Assembly: GCA_903893315.1 (NCBI GenBank)
Contig: CAITLU010000031.1
Span: 14,402 to 78,401, forward strand
Direction: 5' to 3'
Source: an uncultured bacterium
GTDB taxonomy: Bacteria > Desulfobacterota > Binatia > UBA1149 > CAITLU01
DNA length: 64,000 nucleotides
Position 1 is the first letter of the stretch; each line of letters starts with the position of its first letter. A model generated the notes under the pieces. It ran no database searches, was not told the DNA's origin, and saw nothing but the letters and a program-made list of their open reading frames with translations. Position numbers and translations under genes: made by a program. Shown here in pieces: positions 45,380 to 54,580 of the stretch.

Positions 45380-47008
45380 GTGAGCCGTCGTTTCTTCTTC
45401 GGGTTGGTCGCGATCGGATTGGGCTGGCGTCTTTGGATGCTTACCCATTACGGACTGGTAAGTGGAGGCGAAGTCGACGTCTATCTGGCCGACGAAGGTG
45501 TGGTAGGCCTGATGGGCAAACACATCGCGGCCGGAAATGAACTGCCGGTATTCTTTTACGGACAGTCCTACCTGGGCGCTCTCGAAGCTTACTGCGCGGC
45601 CGTTTCGTTCGCGGTGTTCGGGGCCGGTTTCTTCGCGCTGCGGCTGGTGACGTTTTGTTTCTCGATCGCCATCGGGGTTCTGCTGTACCGCTTTGCCAAC
45701 CGTTTCTATTCGGTGGCCGTCGCGCGCTGGGCTACGGCGCTGGTGGCGGTGGCGCCGATGTATTTCCTGCAGTGGAACCTCAAGGCCCGCGGCGGCTTCG
45801 TCGAACACGTGGTGCTGGTACTCGCGGTGATGTCGCTGTTCTGGCGCTTTTATCTCTACCACCAGCGCGACCGGACGACCGCTTTCTTGCTCGGTCTGGT
45901 TTCGGGTGTCGCGCTGTGGGTCAATCAACTTGTCGGCGCGTATCTGGCGGCTATGGCGTTTTTGGTGTTGCTGCGTAGGGAAGATCGACGCGGCTGGGGC
46001 GCGGCGGTGGCCGGTCTCGTACTCGGCTCGTGTCTGCTGCTTGGCTACAACGTCGTTCACCCGCTCGCTACGGTTAGAAGTCTGGCGCGCAAGGCTTTGG
46101 TGATGAATCGCGTCAAGGTCGAGGAACGCGACGAGAACTGGGCGGTCAGGGGTTTCGAGGCTCGCATCGCGGCGCTCGGTGACGGACTCGACAAACTCGG
46201 CGTGGTCTTCGGAATACCGCCGGGGGACGATGTCGAGCGACTGGGAATGAGCGAGGACTCGCGCACCGGTGGTCCGGCGGCGCGAGCCCGACGCCTGCTG
46301 TTCTTCATTCCGCTGGGAGTCTTTGGTGCCGGGCTGTGGGCCTCGCGTCCGCGCCGGGGCCGCGCCGGTTGGGACGTCATAGGTTCGGATCAACTGCTCG
46401 GACTTTTCGCGCTGATAACCTTCGTGGTCGGTTACGTCAGCCCTCGCTACATGCTGCCGGCGTACCCCTTGGCAGCGCTCATGGCCGGAGTCCTGGCGGC
46501 ACGGGCCGGCGGCGCGGCAGGCCGCCTTCTCCAAGCCGGGATCGTGGCCGTCCTGTTTTTCAACGTCGCCGGTTGGGTGGACGCCGCGTCACTGCCCGCG
46601 GCAGCCGACGAAGACCGCGGCCGCCAGCTGATCGGCTTCCTGGAAGGCAAGGGCATCGGCGCCTGCTACAGCGCTTCACCGCTCTATCACCTGGCTTTCG
46701 CCAGCTCGGAGCGGGTGGTATTTGCGCCGTTGCAAAAGGACCGCTACCCGCCATACGACGCTGCCGTGGAGACCGCAGATTCGATCTGCTACGTGTTCCG
46801 CGACGATCAGACGACCAAGCGCCAACACCTCGCTCTGCTCGCTCTGCTTGAGAGCCGCCAGGTGCGCTACACGGTAGAGCAGGTCGGGCCTTATCGCGTG
46901 ATGTATGGATTTGAACCACGGCGCGCGATCCACGCAGCCGACGTCGATGCTTTGCGCGGCGCGCAGGCTATGGATGACGAGCCGGATGTGTCTTTGGAAA
47001 AGGAGTAG
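45380..47008 (+). CDS. GT-C-fold membrane glycosyltransferase (GT39/ArnT/PMT_2-like)
   Basis: GTG 45380 lies 5 nt after the upstream TAA. About 11 TM helices over 340 aa, followed by a 190-aa soluble C-terminal domain. Layout matches lipid-linked-sugar-dependent GT-C enzymes. Confidence 0.65.
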   Translation: MSRRFFFGLVAIGLGWRLWMLTHYGLVSGGEVDVYLADEGVVGLMGKHIAAGNELPVFFYGQSYLGALEAYCAAVSFAVFGAGFFALRLVTFCFSIAIGVLLYRFANRFYSVAVARWATALVAVAPMYFLQWNLKARGGFVEHVVLVLAVMSLFWRFYLYHQRDRTTAFLLGLVSGVALWVNQLVGAYLAAMAFLVLLRREDRRGWGAAVAGLVLGSCLLLGYNVVHPLATVRSLARKALVMNRVKVEERDENWAVRGFEARIAALGDGLDKLGVVFGIPPGDDVERLGMSEDSRTGGPAARARRLLFFIPLGVFGAGLWASRPRRGRAGWDVIGSDQLLGLFALITFVVGYVSPRYMLPAYPLAALMAGVLAARAGGAAGRLLQAGIVAVLFFNVAGWVDAASLPAAADEDRGRQLIGFLEGKGIGACYSASPLYHLAFASSERVVFAPLQKDRYPPYDAAVETADSICYVFRDDQTTKRQHLALLALLESRQVRYTVEQVGPYRVMYGFEPRRAIHAADVDALRGAQAMDDEPDVSLEKE

Positions 47009-47011
47009 AGA

Positions 47012-48313
47012 ATGACCAGCAAACTTGAAGAAAAGATCGCGAGCGGCAGGGCCCATGCGGGCGTGGTCGGCCTGGGCTACGTTGGGCTTCCGCTGGCGGT
47101 GGAGCTTGCCGGTTCGGGCATGCGGGTGACCGGCATAGATGTGTCGCAACCGAAGGTCACCGCGGTGAACGAAGGCCGCTCCTACATTCTCGACGTTGCG
47201 TCGTCGCGAGTCGCGCAGTTGGTCGGCAAGGGACTGCTCGACGCCACCACCAACTTCGCCGCGGTGGCAACCCTCGACACCATAAACGTCTGCGTACCGA
47301 CTCCGCTGCGCAAGACCCGCGAACCGGATCTTTCATTCGTGATCGACGCGGTCGACAGTCTCGTGCGTTACATGCGGCCGGGGCAGCTCCTGGTACTGGA
47401 AAGCACGACCTATCCGGGCACCACAGAAGAAGTTGTGTTGCCGCGTCTTAGAGCGGCGGGTCTCGAGCCCGGCAAGGACGTCGAGGTGGCGTTCTCGCCA
47501 GAGCGCACAGACCCGGGTAACAAACAGTTTTCTCCACGCAGCATTCCCAAGGTCGTAGGAGGTCACACTCCGGCGGCTGGCGCAGCCGCGCGTGCGCTTT
47601 ACGGCCGCTGCATCGACAAGGTGGTGATGGTGAGTTCGACGCGGGTGGCCGAGATGGTCAAGCTCCTCGAAAACACCTTTCGCAGCGTCAACATCGCGCT
47701 GGTGAACGAGTTGGCGATGATGTGCGACCACTTCGGGATGGACGTGTGGGAAGTGATCGACGCGGCGGCCACCAAACCGTTCGGGTTCATGCCGTTCTAT
47801 CCGGGGCCGGGACTGGGCGGCCACTGCATCCCGGTAGATCCGCATTACCTGACCTGGAAGGCGAGGGCCGAAGGGTTCGAGCCGCGTTTCATAGAGCTGG
47901 CTGCACAGATCAACGCGGAGAAGCCCGAGTTCGTGGTTTCCAAGGTCGTCGACGCGCTGAACGACCGCTGCAAGTCTCTGCGTGGTTCGAAGATCCTCGC
48001 GCTCGGCGTGGCCTACAAGCGCGATGTGGATGACGTGCGTGAATCTCCGTCGCTCGACGTGATGGCGCTGCTTCTCGACAAGGGCGCCGAGATATCGTTC
48101 GCTGATCCTTTCGTCGCGCAGGTCGAACTGCGCGGGCGCACGTTGCGTTCGGTGGCGCTGGACCGCGCGACGATTGCCGGCGCCGATGCGGTGCTGCTGC
48201 TTACCGACCACACCGATTTCGACCGCGTAGCCATCGCGGCCGCGGCGACCATGGTCATCGACACGCGCAACGCCTTCAAGGGGATTGCCGGGGACCACAT
48301 CCGGCGTATCTGA
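47012..48313 (+). CDS. nucleotide-sugar dehydrogenase (UDP-glucose/GDP-mannose dehydrogenase family; WbpA/WecC-like)
   Basis: AAGGAG RBS. VVGLGYVGLPLAVELA, catalytic GGHCIP and the C-terminal UDP-binding domain. Confidence 0.85.
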   Translation: MTSKLEEKIASGRAHAGVVGLGYVGLPLAVELAGSGMRVTGIDVSQPKVTAVNEGRSYILDVASSRVAQLVGKGLLDATTNFAAVATLDTINVCVPTPLRKTREPDLSFVIDAVDSLVRYMRPGQLLVLESTTYPGTTEEVVLPRLRAAGLEPGKDVEVAFSPERTDPGNKQFSPRSIPKVVGGHTPAAGAAARALYGRCIDKVVMVSSTRVAEMVKLLENTFRSVNIALVNELAMMCDHFGMDVWEVIDAAATKPFGFMPFYPGPGLGGHCIPVDPHYLTWKARAEGFEPRFIELAAQINAEKPEFVVSKVVDALNDRCKSLRGSKILALGVAYKRDVDDVRESPSLDVMALLLDKGAEISFADPFVAQVELRGRTLRSVALDRATIAGADAVLLLTDHTDFDRVAIAAAATMVIDTRNAFKGIAGDHIRRI

Positions 48314-48320
48314 GCCGGTG

Positions 48321-49469
48321 ATGGCGGGCAAAGACAAGGGCCGCGAGTCGCGGCTGCGCGTGGCTCTGATCATCGGTCAACTGACCTACGGTGGTGCCGA
48401 AAGTCAGCTCTACGAGCTTGCCCGCCGGCTCGCTCGCCGCGGCGGCGGACCAGGTGGAGCGAGCGATGGAAGCTGCGAGGTGGTCGTCTACTGTCTTTCC
48501 TCGAAGGACGAGCCATACGGCAGCCGTCTGCGCCAGGCTGGCGTACGGGTATGCACTTTCACGTCTCGCGGCAGTTTCGACTTCCTGCGTGTGGTCGCGC
48601 TGGCACGCGCCCTTCGCCGGGACCGCATCGAACTGGTGCACGCCTTTCTTTTTCTTGCCAGCGCCTACGCGTACCTAGCCACGCGGCTTGCCGCCGGAAT
48701 CGCCCTGGTGACCTCGGCCCGCAACTGCAAGCCCGAGCCGCATCCGTTGCGGCGCCTGGTGATGCGACGCGCGTTCGCCGCGTCGCGGTCGATCATCTGC
48801 AACTCGCAGGAGATGGAGCGTTACGCGGTGGCCAACTACGGCGCTCCAGTTTCGCTGACGCGCGTCGTTTACAACGGCGTCGACTGCGAACGTTTCTCGC
48901 GTCCCCGTGTCGTACACGAGGGACTGCACATCGGTACGGTGGGGCGCATCGAGAAACAGAAGAACATGGACTTGTTCCTGAGCGCCGCCGAAGGTTTTCT
49001 GCGTGAGCATCCGAACACGAGATTCACCGTGGTCGGCGATGGCTCGCTTCGTGAGCATTACATCGAGGAAGTGCGCAGGCGCGGCCTCTGTGACCGCGTG
49101 ACGCTGCCAGGAACCACGGCCGACGTTCCGGAGTTCCTTGCCGGACTCGATCAGTTCTGGCTCACTTCCGATTACGAGGGCACGCCCAACGTTATCCTCG
49201 AGGCGATGGCTGCCGCCGTGCCTGTGGTGGCCACGCGTGTCGGCGGCACTGGCGAGGTTGTCGAGGACGGCCGCACCGGCATGCTGGTCGACGCCGGAGA
49301 CACCGCGGGTGTCATTCGTGCGGCGCTGCGTCTGGCGGCTGACGGGGTGCTTGCGGAGTCGCTCGGCGCGGCCGCAAGAGAAGCGGCGCGCGTGCGTTTT
49401 TCTTTGGACGCTATGGTCGCAGCGACGCTGGCGGTGTACGCAGAGGCGCTGGCCGCCGGCGCGGCGTAG
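48321..49469 (+). CDS. GT4 glycosyltransferase
   Basis: Start MAGKDKG at ATG 48321. LRVALIIGQLTYGGAESQ (GT4 N-terminus) and DYEGTPNVILEAMAAAVPVVATRVGGTGEVVEDGRTGMLV. Confidence 0.8.
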   Translation: MAGKDKGRESRLRVALIIGQLTYGGAESQLYELARRLARRGGGPGGASDGSCEVVVYCLSSKDEPYGSRLRQAGVRVCTFTSRGSFDFLRVVALARALRRDRIELVHAFLFLASAYAYLATRLAAGIALVTSARNCKPEPHPLRRLVMRRAFAASRSIICNSQEMERYAVANYGAPVSLTRVVYNGVDCERFSRPRVVHEGLHIGTVGRIEKQKNMDLFLSAAEGFLREHPNTRFTVVGDGSLREHYIEEVRRRGLCDRVTLPGTTADVPEFLAGLDQFWLTSDYEGTPNVILEAMAAAVPVVATRVGGTGEVVEDGRTGMLVDAGDTAGVIRAALRLAADGVLAESLGAAAREAARVRFSLDAMVAATLAVYAEALAAGAA

Positions 49470-49540
49470 GAGAAGTGTGTTTTGGAAGCGCGGGATCAAG
49501 GAGTCTATGGCGGGCGGGAAGCCGACGGGGGATTGAGGCC

Positions 49541-50587
49541 GTGAGTGTGTCGTTTGTCAGCGTCGTCATTCCGATGCGCAATGAGGAAGCCTGGATAGCG
49601 CGCTGCCTCGGAACGGTGCTGGCCCAGGACTATCCGCGTGAAAGTGTGGAGATCCTGGTCGCCGACGGAATGTCGACCGACGGGTCGCGACGTCTGCTCG
49701 CTGAGATGGCCGGCAGCGATCCACGCATCCGCGTTATCGACAACCCCGGCCTCATCGTTCCGACCGGTCTGAATCTGGCGATTGCGGCGGCGCGCGGCGA
49801 TATCATCGCGCGCATCGATGCTCACACGATTCTGGAGCCGGACTATCTACGGATAGGAGTCGAACTGCTCGGTCGCAGCGGGGCCGCCAACGTCGGTGGT
49901 CCGATGGTGTGCCGCGGCGGAGGTCCGGTCGGCGACGCCATCGCTCGTGCGATGCATTCGCGTTTCGGCATCGGCGCGGCCTTTCACTTCGCCAAGGCAG
50001 AATCCGAGTGCGACACGGTCTACATGGGCATGTGGCCCCGCGAGGTTTTTGAGAAGGTCGGGCTTTTCGACACCGAACTGGTGCGCAACCAGGATGACGA
50101 ACTCAGTTATCGAATTCGCAAGTTCGGTGGCCGCATTCTGGTGACGCCGACGATGAAGTCACTCTACCAGAACCGCGAGTCGTGGAAGGATCTCGGCAGG
50201 CAGTTCTACCAGTACGGGGAGTGGAAGGTCAGGGTGCTGCAAAAGCACAGCCGTCAGATGAGCGTGCGCCACTTCGTGCCTCCGGCCTTTCAGCTCGGCC
50301 TGATCGGTGCCGCCGGCTTGGGGCTGGTATGGCCGGCTGCCGGGTGGCTCGCATTCGCCGCTGTGGCGTTGTACGCGGCTGTCCTGGCGTTGGTGGCGGC
50401 GCTGAACCGCGAAACAGTGACTTCGGGTGAGCGGGCAAGGCTGTGGCTCGCATTGGTGATCATCCACCAGTGCTGGGCGGCGGGCTTTCTCGTGGGCCTG
50501 CTGCGTTTCGCTGGTCGATGGGGTAAGCGAGAGACCCAGCCGCCGCTTCTGGCTGCCCGCACGACGGCGCGGGCTTGGACAGAGTAA
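49541..50587 (+). CDS. GT2 glycosyltransferase with C-terminal TM region
   Basis: GTG 49541 (VSVSFVSVVIPMRNEE). ILVADGMSTDGS, RIDAHT (D-x-D/ED region). Two to three C-terminal TM helices. Confidence 0.75.
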   Translation: MSVSFVSVVIPMRNEEAWIARCLGTVLAQDYPRESVEILVADGMSTDGSRRLLAEMAGSDPRIRVIDNPGLIVPTGLNLAIAAARGDIIARIDAHTILEPDYLRIGVELLGRSGAANVGGPMVCRGGGPVGDAIARAMHSRFGIGAAFHFAKAESECDTVYMGMWPREVFEKVGLFDTELVRNQDDELSYRIRKFGGRILVTPTMKSLYQNRESWKDLGRQFYQYGEWKVRVLQKHSRQMSVRHFVPPAFQLGLIGAAGLGLVWPAAGWLAFAAVALYAAVLALVAALNRETVTSGERARLWLALVIIHQCWAAGFLVGLLRFAGRWGKRETQPPLLAARTTARAWTE

Positions 50588-50625
50588 GGCAACGGTGTTT
50601 TTCCAAGTGGCTTTGAGGAGAGAGC

Positions 50626-51423
50626 ATGAGTAACGATTCACTGACCGTTTCGGTCTTGATCCCCTGTTACAACGAAGTCGATACGGTCAGGAACGTGATC
50701 GCACGGGTGCGCATGGTTCCGGTCCCCACCGAGATCATCCTGGTCGACGACTGCTCGGTGGATGGAACCCGCGATGTTCTCCAGAAGCTCGCTGAAGAAG
50801 ACCCCACGCTCAAGGTCTATTTTCACGAGATAAATCGCGGTAAGGGCGCCGCGATCCGCACCGCGCTGGCGGCTGCCACCGGCGACGTCACCCTCGTGCA
50901 GGATGCCGACATGGAATACGACCCGATGGAATATCCGGGGCTTCTCGAGCCGATCCGTCAGGGCGTCGCCGATGTGGTCTACGGCTCGCGCTTTCTCGGC
51001 GGGCCGCATCGAGTGCTGTTCTTCTGGCATCAGCTCGGCAATCAACTGCTGACTCTGTTGTCGAACGTGATGACCAACCTGAACCTCACCGACATGGAGA
51101 CCGGCTACAAGGTCTTCCGCACTGATCTGCTCAAGCGCATGCGGCTGACCGCCGATCGTTTCGGTTTCGAGCCGGAAGTAACTTCCCGCGTTGCGCAGAT
51201 GCGTTGCCGCATCTTCGAAGTGCCAATTTCCTACTGGGGTCGCGACTACGACGCCGGCAAGAAGATCACGTGGAAGGACGGCGTGGCCGCGTTCTGGTTC
51301 ATCTTCAAGTTCAACGTACTCGATCGGATGCCGAAGTCTGAGACGGCAGCGGCGTATCCTGCACACTGGCATCGCCTCGATCGCGGTGCGCCGCAGCCGG
51401 CTGCGGAGGAGAAAAAGCCCTGA
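50626..51423 (+). CDS. GT2 polyprenyl-phosphate glycosyltransferase (DPM1/ArnC-like, soluble)
   Basis: GGAGAGAG RBS. VSVLIPCYNE, ILVDDCSVDGT, VQDADMEYDP (DXD). Confidence 0.85.
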   Translation: MSNDSLTVSVLIPCYNEVDTVRNVIARVRMVPVPTEIILVDDCSVDGTRDVLQKLAEEDPTLKVYFHEINRGKGAAIRTALAAATGDVTLVQDADMEYDPMEYPGLLEPIRQGVADVVYGSRFLGGPHRVLFFWHQLGNQLLTLLSNVMTNLNLTDMETGYKVFRTDLLKRMRLTADRFGFEPEVTSRVAQMRCRIFEVPISYWGRDYDAGKKITWKDGVAAFWFIFKFNVLDRMPKSETAAAYPAHWHRLDRGAPQPAAEEKKP

Positions 51424-52370
51424 ACAAGCTCTGGCTCGTAACCGGTGGTGCCGGCTTCATCGGCTCCAACATCGTCGCCGAACTCAGGCGCCGCGGTGAA
51501 GTCGTGCGCGTATTCGACAGCCTGGCGACCGGGCTCGAGAGCAACCTCGACGCTTTCGGCGGCGACGTCGAGTTCCACCGCGGGGATCTGCGTGACACCG
51601 CGGCGCTGGCGGCGGCGATGCGTGGTGTAACCCACGTTCTGCACCTGGCGGCGCTGGGTTCGGTGCCGCGTTCGATCGAAGACCCGGCTTTGAGCAACGA
51701 CGTCAACGTCACGGGTACGCTCAACGTGCTGGTTGCGGCGCGTGATGCCGGTGTCGAACGTGTGGTCTTCTCTTCTTCTTCTTCGGTGTACGGGGCCAGC
51801 CAGGCACTGCCCAAACGCGTCGGCCATCTTCTCGATCCGATCTCGCCCTACGCCGTTACCAAGCAGGCCGGCGAGCAGTACACGAGAGTGTTTGCCGGTG
51901 TCTACGGTCTGTCCACGGTTTCGCTGCGGTACTTCAACGTGTTCGGTCCTAATCAGCGGCCCGACTCGGCCTACGCGGCGGTAATTCCGAAGTTCATGGC
52001 GTGGGCGCTTGCGGGTGAGCCGCTGGTGATTCACGGCGACGGTCTTCAGGCTCGCGATTTCACCTACGTGGCCAACGTCGTGTCGGCCAACTTGCTGGCT
52101 GCGACCGCCGCCGCCGGCGTCGACGGCGAGGTATTCAACATAGCCTGCGGGAAGAGCTACTCGCTGCTCGACATAGCGGATGCGCTGGGCGCCGCGGCGG
52201 GGCGTCGCTTGGAGCGGCACCACGTCGGTGGTCGCGCCGGCGATGTGCGCCAGAGCCTCGCCGACATCGAGCCTGCCAAGGCAAAGCTCGGCTATCGCGT
52301 GCTGGTAGAGTTCGAAGAAGGCCTGGCGAATACCTGGGAGGTATTTCGCGGGCGCTTCGGCGCCGCGTAG
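51420..52370 (+). CDS. NAD-dependent epimerase/dehydratase (UDP-sugar 4-epimerase-like), apparently CTG-initiated
   Basis: In-frame reading from 51420 gives LNKLWLVTGGAGFIGSNIV... The essential Rossmann motif is encoded at 51438-51470. There is no ATG/GTG/TTG in frame between the upstream stop (51339-51341) and GTG 51504. A strong SD GGAGGAG (51404-51410) sits 9 nt before CTG 51420, which overlaps the upstream TGA. Confidence 0.75.
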   Translation: MNKLWLVTGGAGFIGSNIVAELRRRGEVVRVFDSLATGLESNLDAFGGDVEFHRGDLRDTAALAAAMRGVTHVLHLAALGSVPRSIEDPALSNDVNVTGTLNVLVAARDAGVERVVFSSSSSVYGASQALPKRVGHLLDPISPYAVTKQAGEQYTRVFAGVYGLSTVSLRYFNVFGPNQRPDSAYAAVIPKFMAWALAGEPLVIHGDGLQARDFTYVANVVSANLLAATAAAGVDGEVFNIACGKSYSLLDIADALGAAAGRRLERHHVGGRAGDVRQSLADIEPAKAKLGYRVLVEFEEGLANTWEVFRGRFGAA

Positions 52371-52384
52371 GAATTCGCGCAACC

Positions 52385-52411
52385 GGTGCTGCGGGCGAGG
52401 CCTACAGCACC
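52385..52411. terminator. candidate bidirectional terminator hairpin between convergent genes
   Basis: GGTGCTG (52385-52391) and CAGCACC (52405-52411) form a perfect 7-bp inverted repeat with a 13-nt loop. It lies between the epimerase stop (52370) and the hisG stop (52402). No clear U-tract. Confidence 0.3.
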
Positions 52412-53274
52412 TTGTTCAGCGGATACTCGATGATCCCTTCGGCGCCTACTTCGACGAGGCGCGGGATCAAGTCGCGCACAACTGATTCGGCGATGACGAC
52501 TTCGATCGACAGCCAATCCTTGTGGTAGAGGTTGGCGACTGTCGGTGCGGTTATCGACGGCAGGATGCCCATCACGTCGGCAACGCGGTTGCTCGGCACG
52601 TTCATCTTCAGACCGACCTGGGCTTCGGCACGCAGCGCGCCTTGCAGCAGCAAAGACAGCTGCTCGATCTTGCGTTTCTTGAAGCTGTCGGCGAGCGCCT
52701 TGCGGCCGGCGATCAACTGCGGGTTGGACTCCATCAGGTCTGCGATGATGACGAGGCCGTTGGCGCGGATGGTACTGCCGGTTTCGGTGACTTCGACGAT
52801 GGCGTCGCAAAGGCCGGCGGCGACCTTCGCCTCGGTCGCACCCCATGAAAACTCGACGCTTACATCGATGCCGCGGTCGGCGAAGAAACGCTGCGTGAAG
52901 CCGACCAGTTCGGTGGAGATGCGTTTGCCGGCCAGGTCTTCGGGCTTGGTTATCGCCGAGTTGGCGGGAACCGCGAGCACCCAGCGCGTGGGACGAAAGG
53001 AGGCCTTCGAGTAGACGAGGTCGCAGATTACTTCGACGTCGGAGCCGTTCTCGGCGATCCAGTCCTTGCCGGTGATTCCGCAGTCGAGTGAGCCGAGTTC
53101 GACGTAGCGCGACATTTCCTGGGCGCGCACCAGCGAGCAGGCGATCTCCGGGTCGTCGATGTTCGGGAAGTAGCTGCGCGAACTGGTCGTGACGCGCCAG
53201 CCCGACTTCTTCATCAGGTCGGTGGTGGTCTGCTCCAGGCTGCCTTTGGGAAGGCCGAGTTTGAGAACGTTCAC
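52402..53274 (-). CDS. hisG: ATP phosphoribosyltransferase, long form
   Basis: [15 protein letters not shown] start (GTG, complement of 53272-53274, AAGGA 10 nt upstream). Catalytic and C-terminal regulatory domains present. An upstream ATG at 53349 is an alternative start. Confidence 0.85.
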   Translation of the reverse strand: MNVLKLGLPKGSLEQTTTDLMKKSGWRVTTSSRSYFPNIDDPEIACSLVRAQEMSRYVELGSLDCGITGKDWIAENGSDVEVICDLVYSKASFRPTRWVLAVPANSAITKPEDLAGKRISTELVGFTQRFFADRGIDVSVEFSWGATEAKVAAGLCDAIVEVTETGSTIRANGLVIIADLMESNPQLIAGRKALADSFKKRKIEQLSLLLQGALRAEAQVGLKMNVPSNRVADVMGILPSITAPTVANLYHKDWLSIEVVIAESVVRDLIPRLVEVGAEGIIEYPLNKVL

Positions 53275-53417
53275 TCTTTGATGATCCTTGTCGTGAGGTG
53301 CGGTGCAACGGGCACCGGGCCATCGGGTCGCTCGATCTGGTCTCCTCATGGGACCGACGGCGGCGACCACAACCGCCGCATAGTTGCGGAGAGGTGGGTG
53401 AAAGGCAAAAATCCCCC

Positions 53418-54446
53418 ATGCGTCTTGGTGAACTCGCGCAGCGGCTCGGTCTGGATCTCGAAGGAGACGGCGACATCGAGATCTCGGGAATCGCGCCGAT
53501 CGACGCGGCCGGCCCCGGGGACCTCACTTTCGTCGCCAATCCCAAATACCGTCAGCAGTTGGCCTCGACCGGAGCGGTCGCCGTCATCGTCGGCCCCGGC
53601 CAATATGCGGCGGGCAAAGCGATACTCAGAGCTGCCGATCCTTACGCCGCTCTTGCAGCGGCGCTGCTGCTGTTCGACCGGCGGCCGCGCCCCGCGCCCG
53701 GGATTCACGCTACTGCGCTGATTTCTCCTTCGGCGTGCGTAGGCGAGGGCGCTTCGATCGGTCCTTATGCCGTGGTCGGCGAAGACGTGGTCGTAGGGCG
53801 GGATTCTGTTCTGCATCCCCACGTGGTGATTTATCCTGGCGCCCGCATTGGTGACAGATTCACGGCGCATGCCGGCGCCGTGGTTCGAGAGTCGGTGGTG
53901 GTCGGCGATGACGTCGTGCTGCAGCCCGGTGCGGTGGTCGGGGCCGATGGCTTCGGCTTTCTGCCGCGGGGGCGCGAGGTTCCGCTGCCGATTCCGCAGA
54001 TCGGCACCGTGCGTCTGTGCGATCACGTCGAGATCGGCGCCAACACCACGGTGGACCGCGCCACGGTGGGCGAAACCCGGCTGGGCCGTGGGGTAAAGCT
54101 CGACAATCTGGTGATGGTCGGCCACGGCAGCCGCATCGGCGATGGCTCGATGATGGCCGGGCAGACCGGCATGGCAGGCAGCACCCGCATCGGCGCCCGG
54201 GTGATGTCCGGCGGCCAGGCCGGTTTCGCCGGCCATCTGAGCGTGGGGGATGATGCTCGCATCGGCGCGCAGGCCGGGGTGATCGGCAACGTCGAACCGG
54301 GTGCCACCGTCGCAGGCATGCCGGCGGTCGAGCTCAATTTGTGGCTCCGCGCTGTGGCTTCCCTGCTGCGTCTTCCCGATCTGCTGCGCCGGGTGCGCCG
54401 CCTGGAAAGGCTTTCCGACTCGACCGAACCCCCTGACGACTGCTGA
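53418..54446 (+). CDS. lpxD: UDP-3-O-(3-hydroxyacyl)glucosamine N-acyltransferase
   Basis: [12 protein letters not shown]-terminal UDP-binding domain followed by a long left-handed beta-helix of hexapeptide repeats. Confidence 0.85.
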   Translation: MRLGELAQRLGLDLEGDGDIEISGIAPIDAAGPGDLTFVANPKYRQQLASTGAVAVIVGPGQYAAGKAILRAADPYAALAAALLLFDRRPRPAPGIHATALISPSACVGEGASIGPYAVVGEDVVVGRDSVLHPHVVIYPGARIGDRFTAHAGAVVRESVVVGDDVVLQPGAVVGADGFGFLPRGREVPLPIPQIGTVRLCDHVEIGANTTVDRATVGETRLGRGVKLDNLVMVGHGSRIGDGSMMAGQTGMAGSTRIGARVMSGGQAGFAGHLSVGDDARIGAQAGVIGNVEPGATVAGMPAVELNLWLRAVASLLRLPDLLRRVRRLERLSDSTEPPDDC

Positions 54447-54462
54447 TCGACGAGCCCGAAGG

Positions 54463-54493
54463 CCCGGCGCCCCGCCGCGCAGAGTGCGCCGGG
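54463..54493 (+). terminator. GC-rich hairpin downstream of lpxD (CCCGGCGC-15 nt-GCGCCGGG)
   Basis: 8-bp perfect stem seen in sequence. No U-run, so intrinsic terminator function is uncertain. Confidence 0.2.
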
Positions 54494-54580
54494 GTGAGGA
54501 ATCGGCGGCCGGACGTTGCCTCCGTGGCCGGACACCGCTAAGAACCTCGTTTCGCATTGAGCGTTTGGCGGAGAGTAGCG

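Noticed and set aside
51504-52370. GTG 51504 as the start of the epimerase (as in the ORF track)
   Set aside because: It would remove the essential GxxGxxG NAD-binding motif encoded at 51438-51470. CTG 51420 with a GGAGGAG SD is the better model, unless there is a sequencing error.
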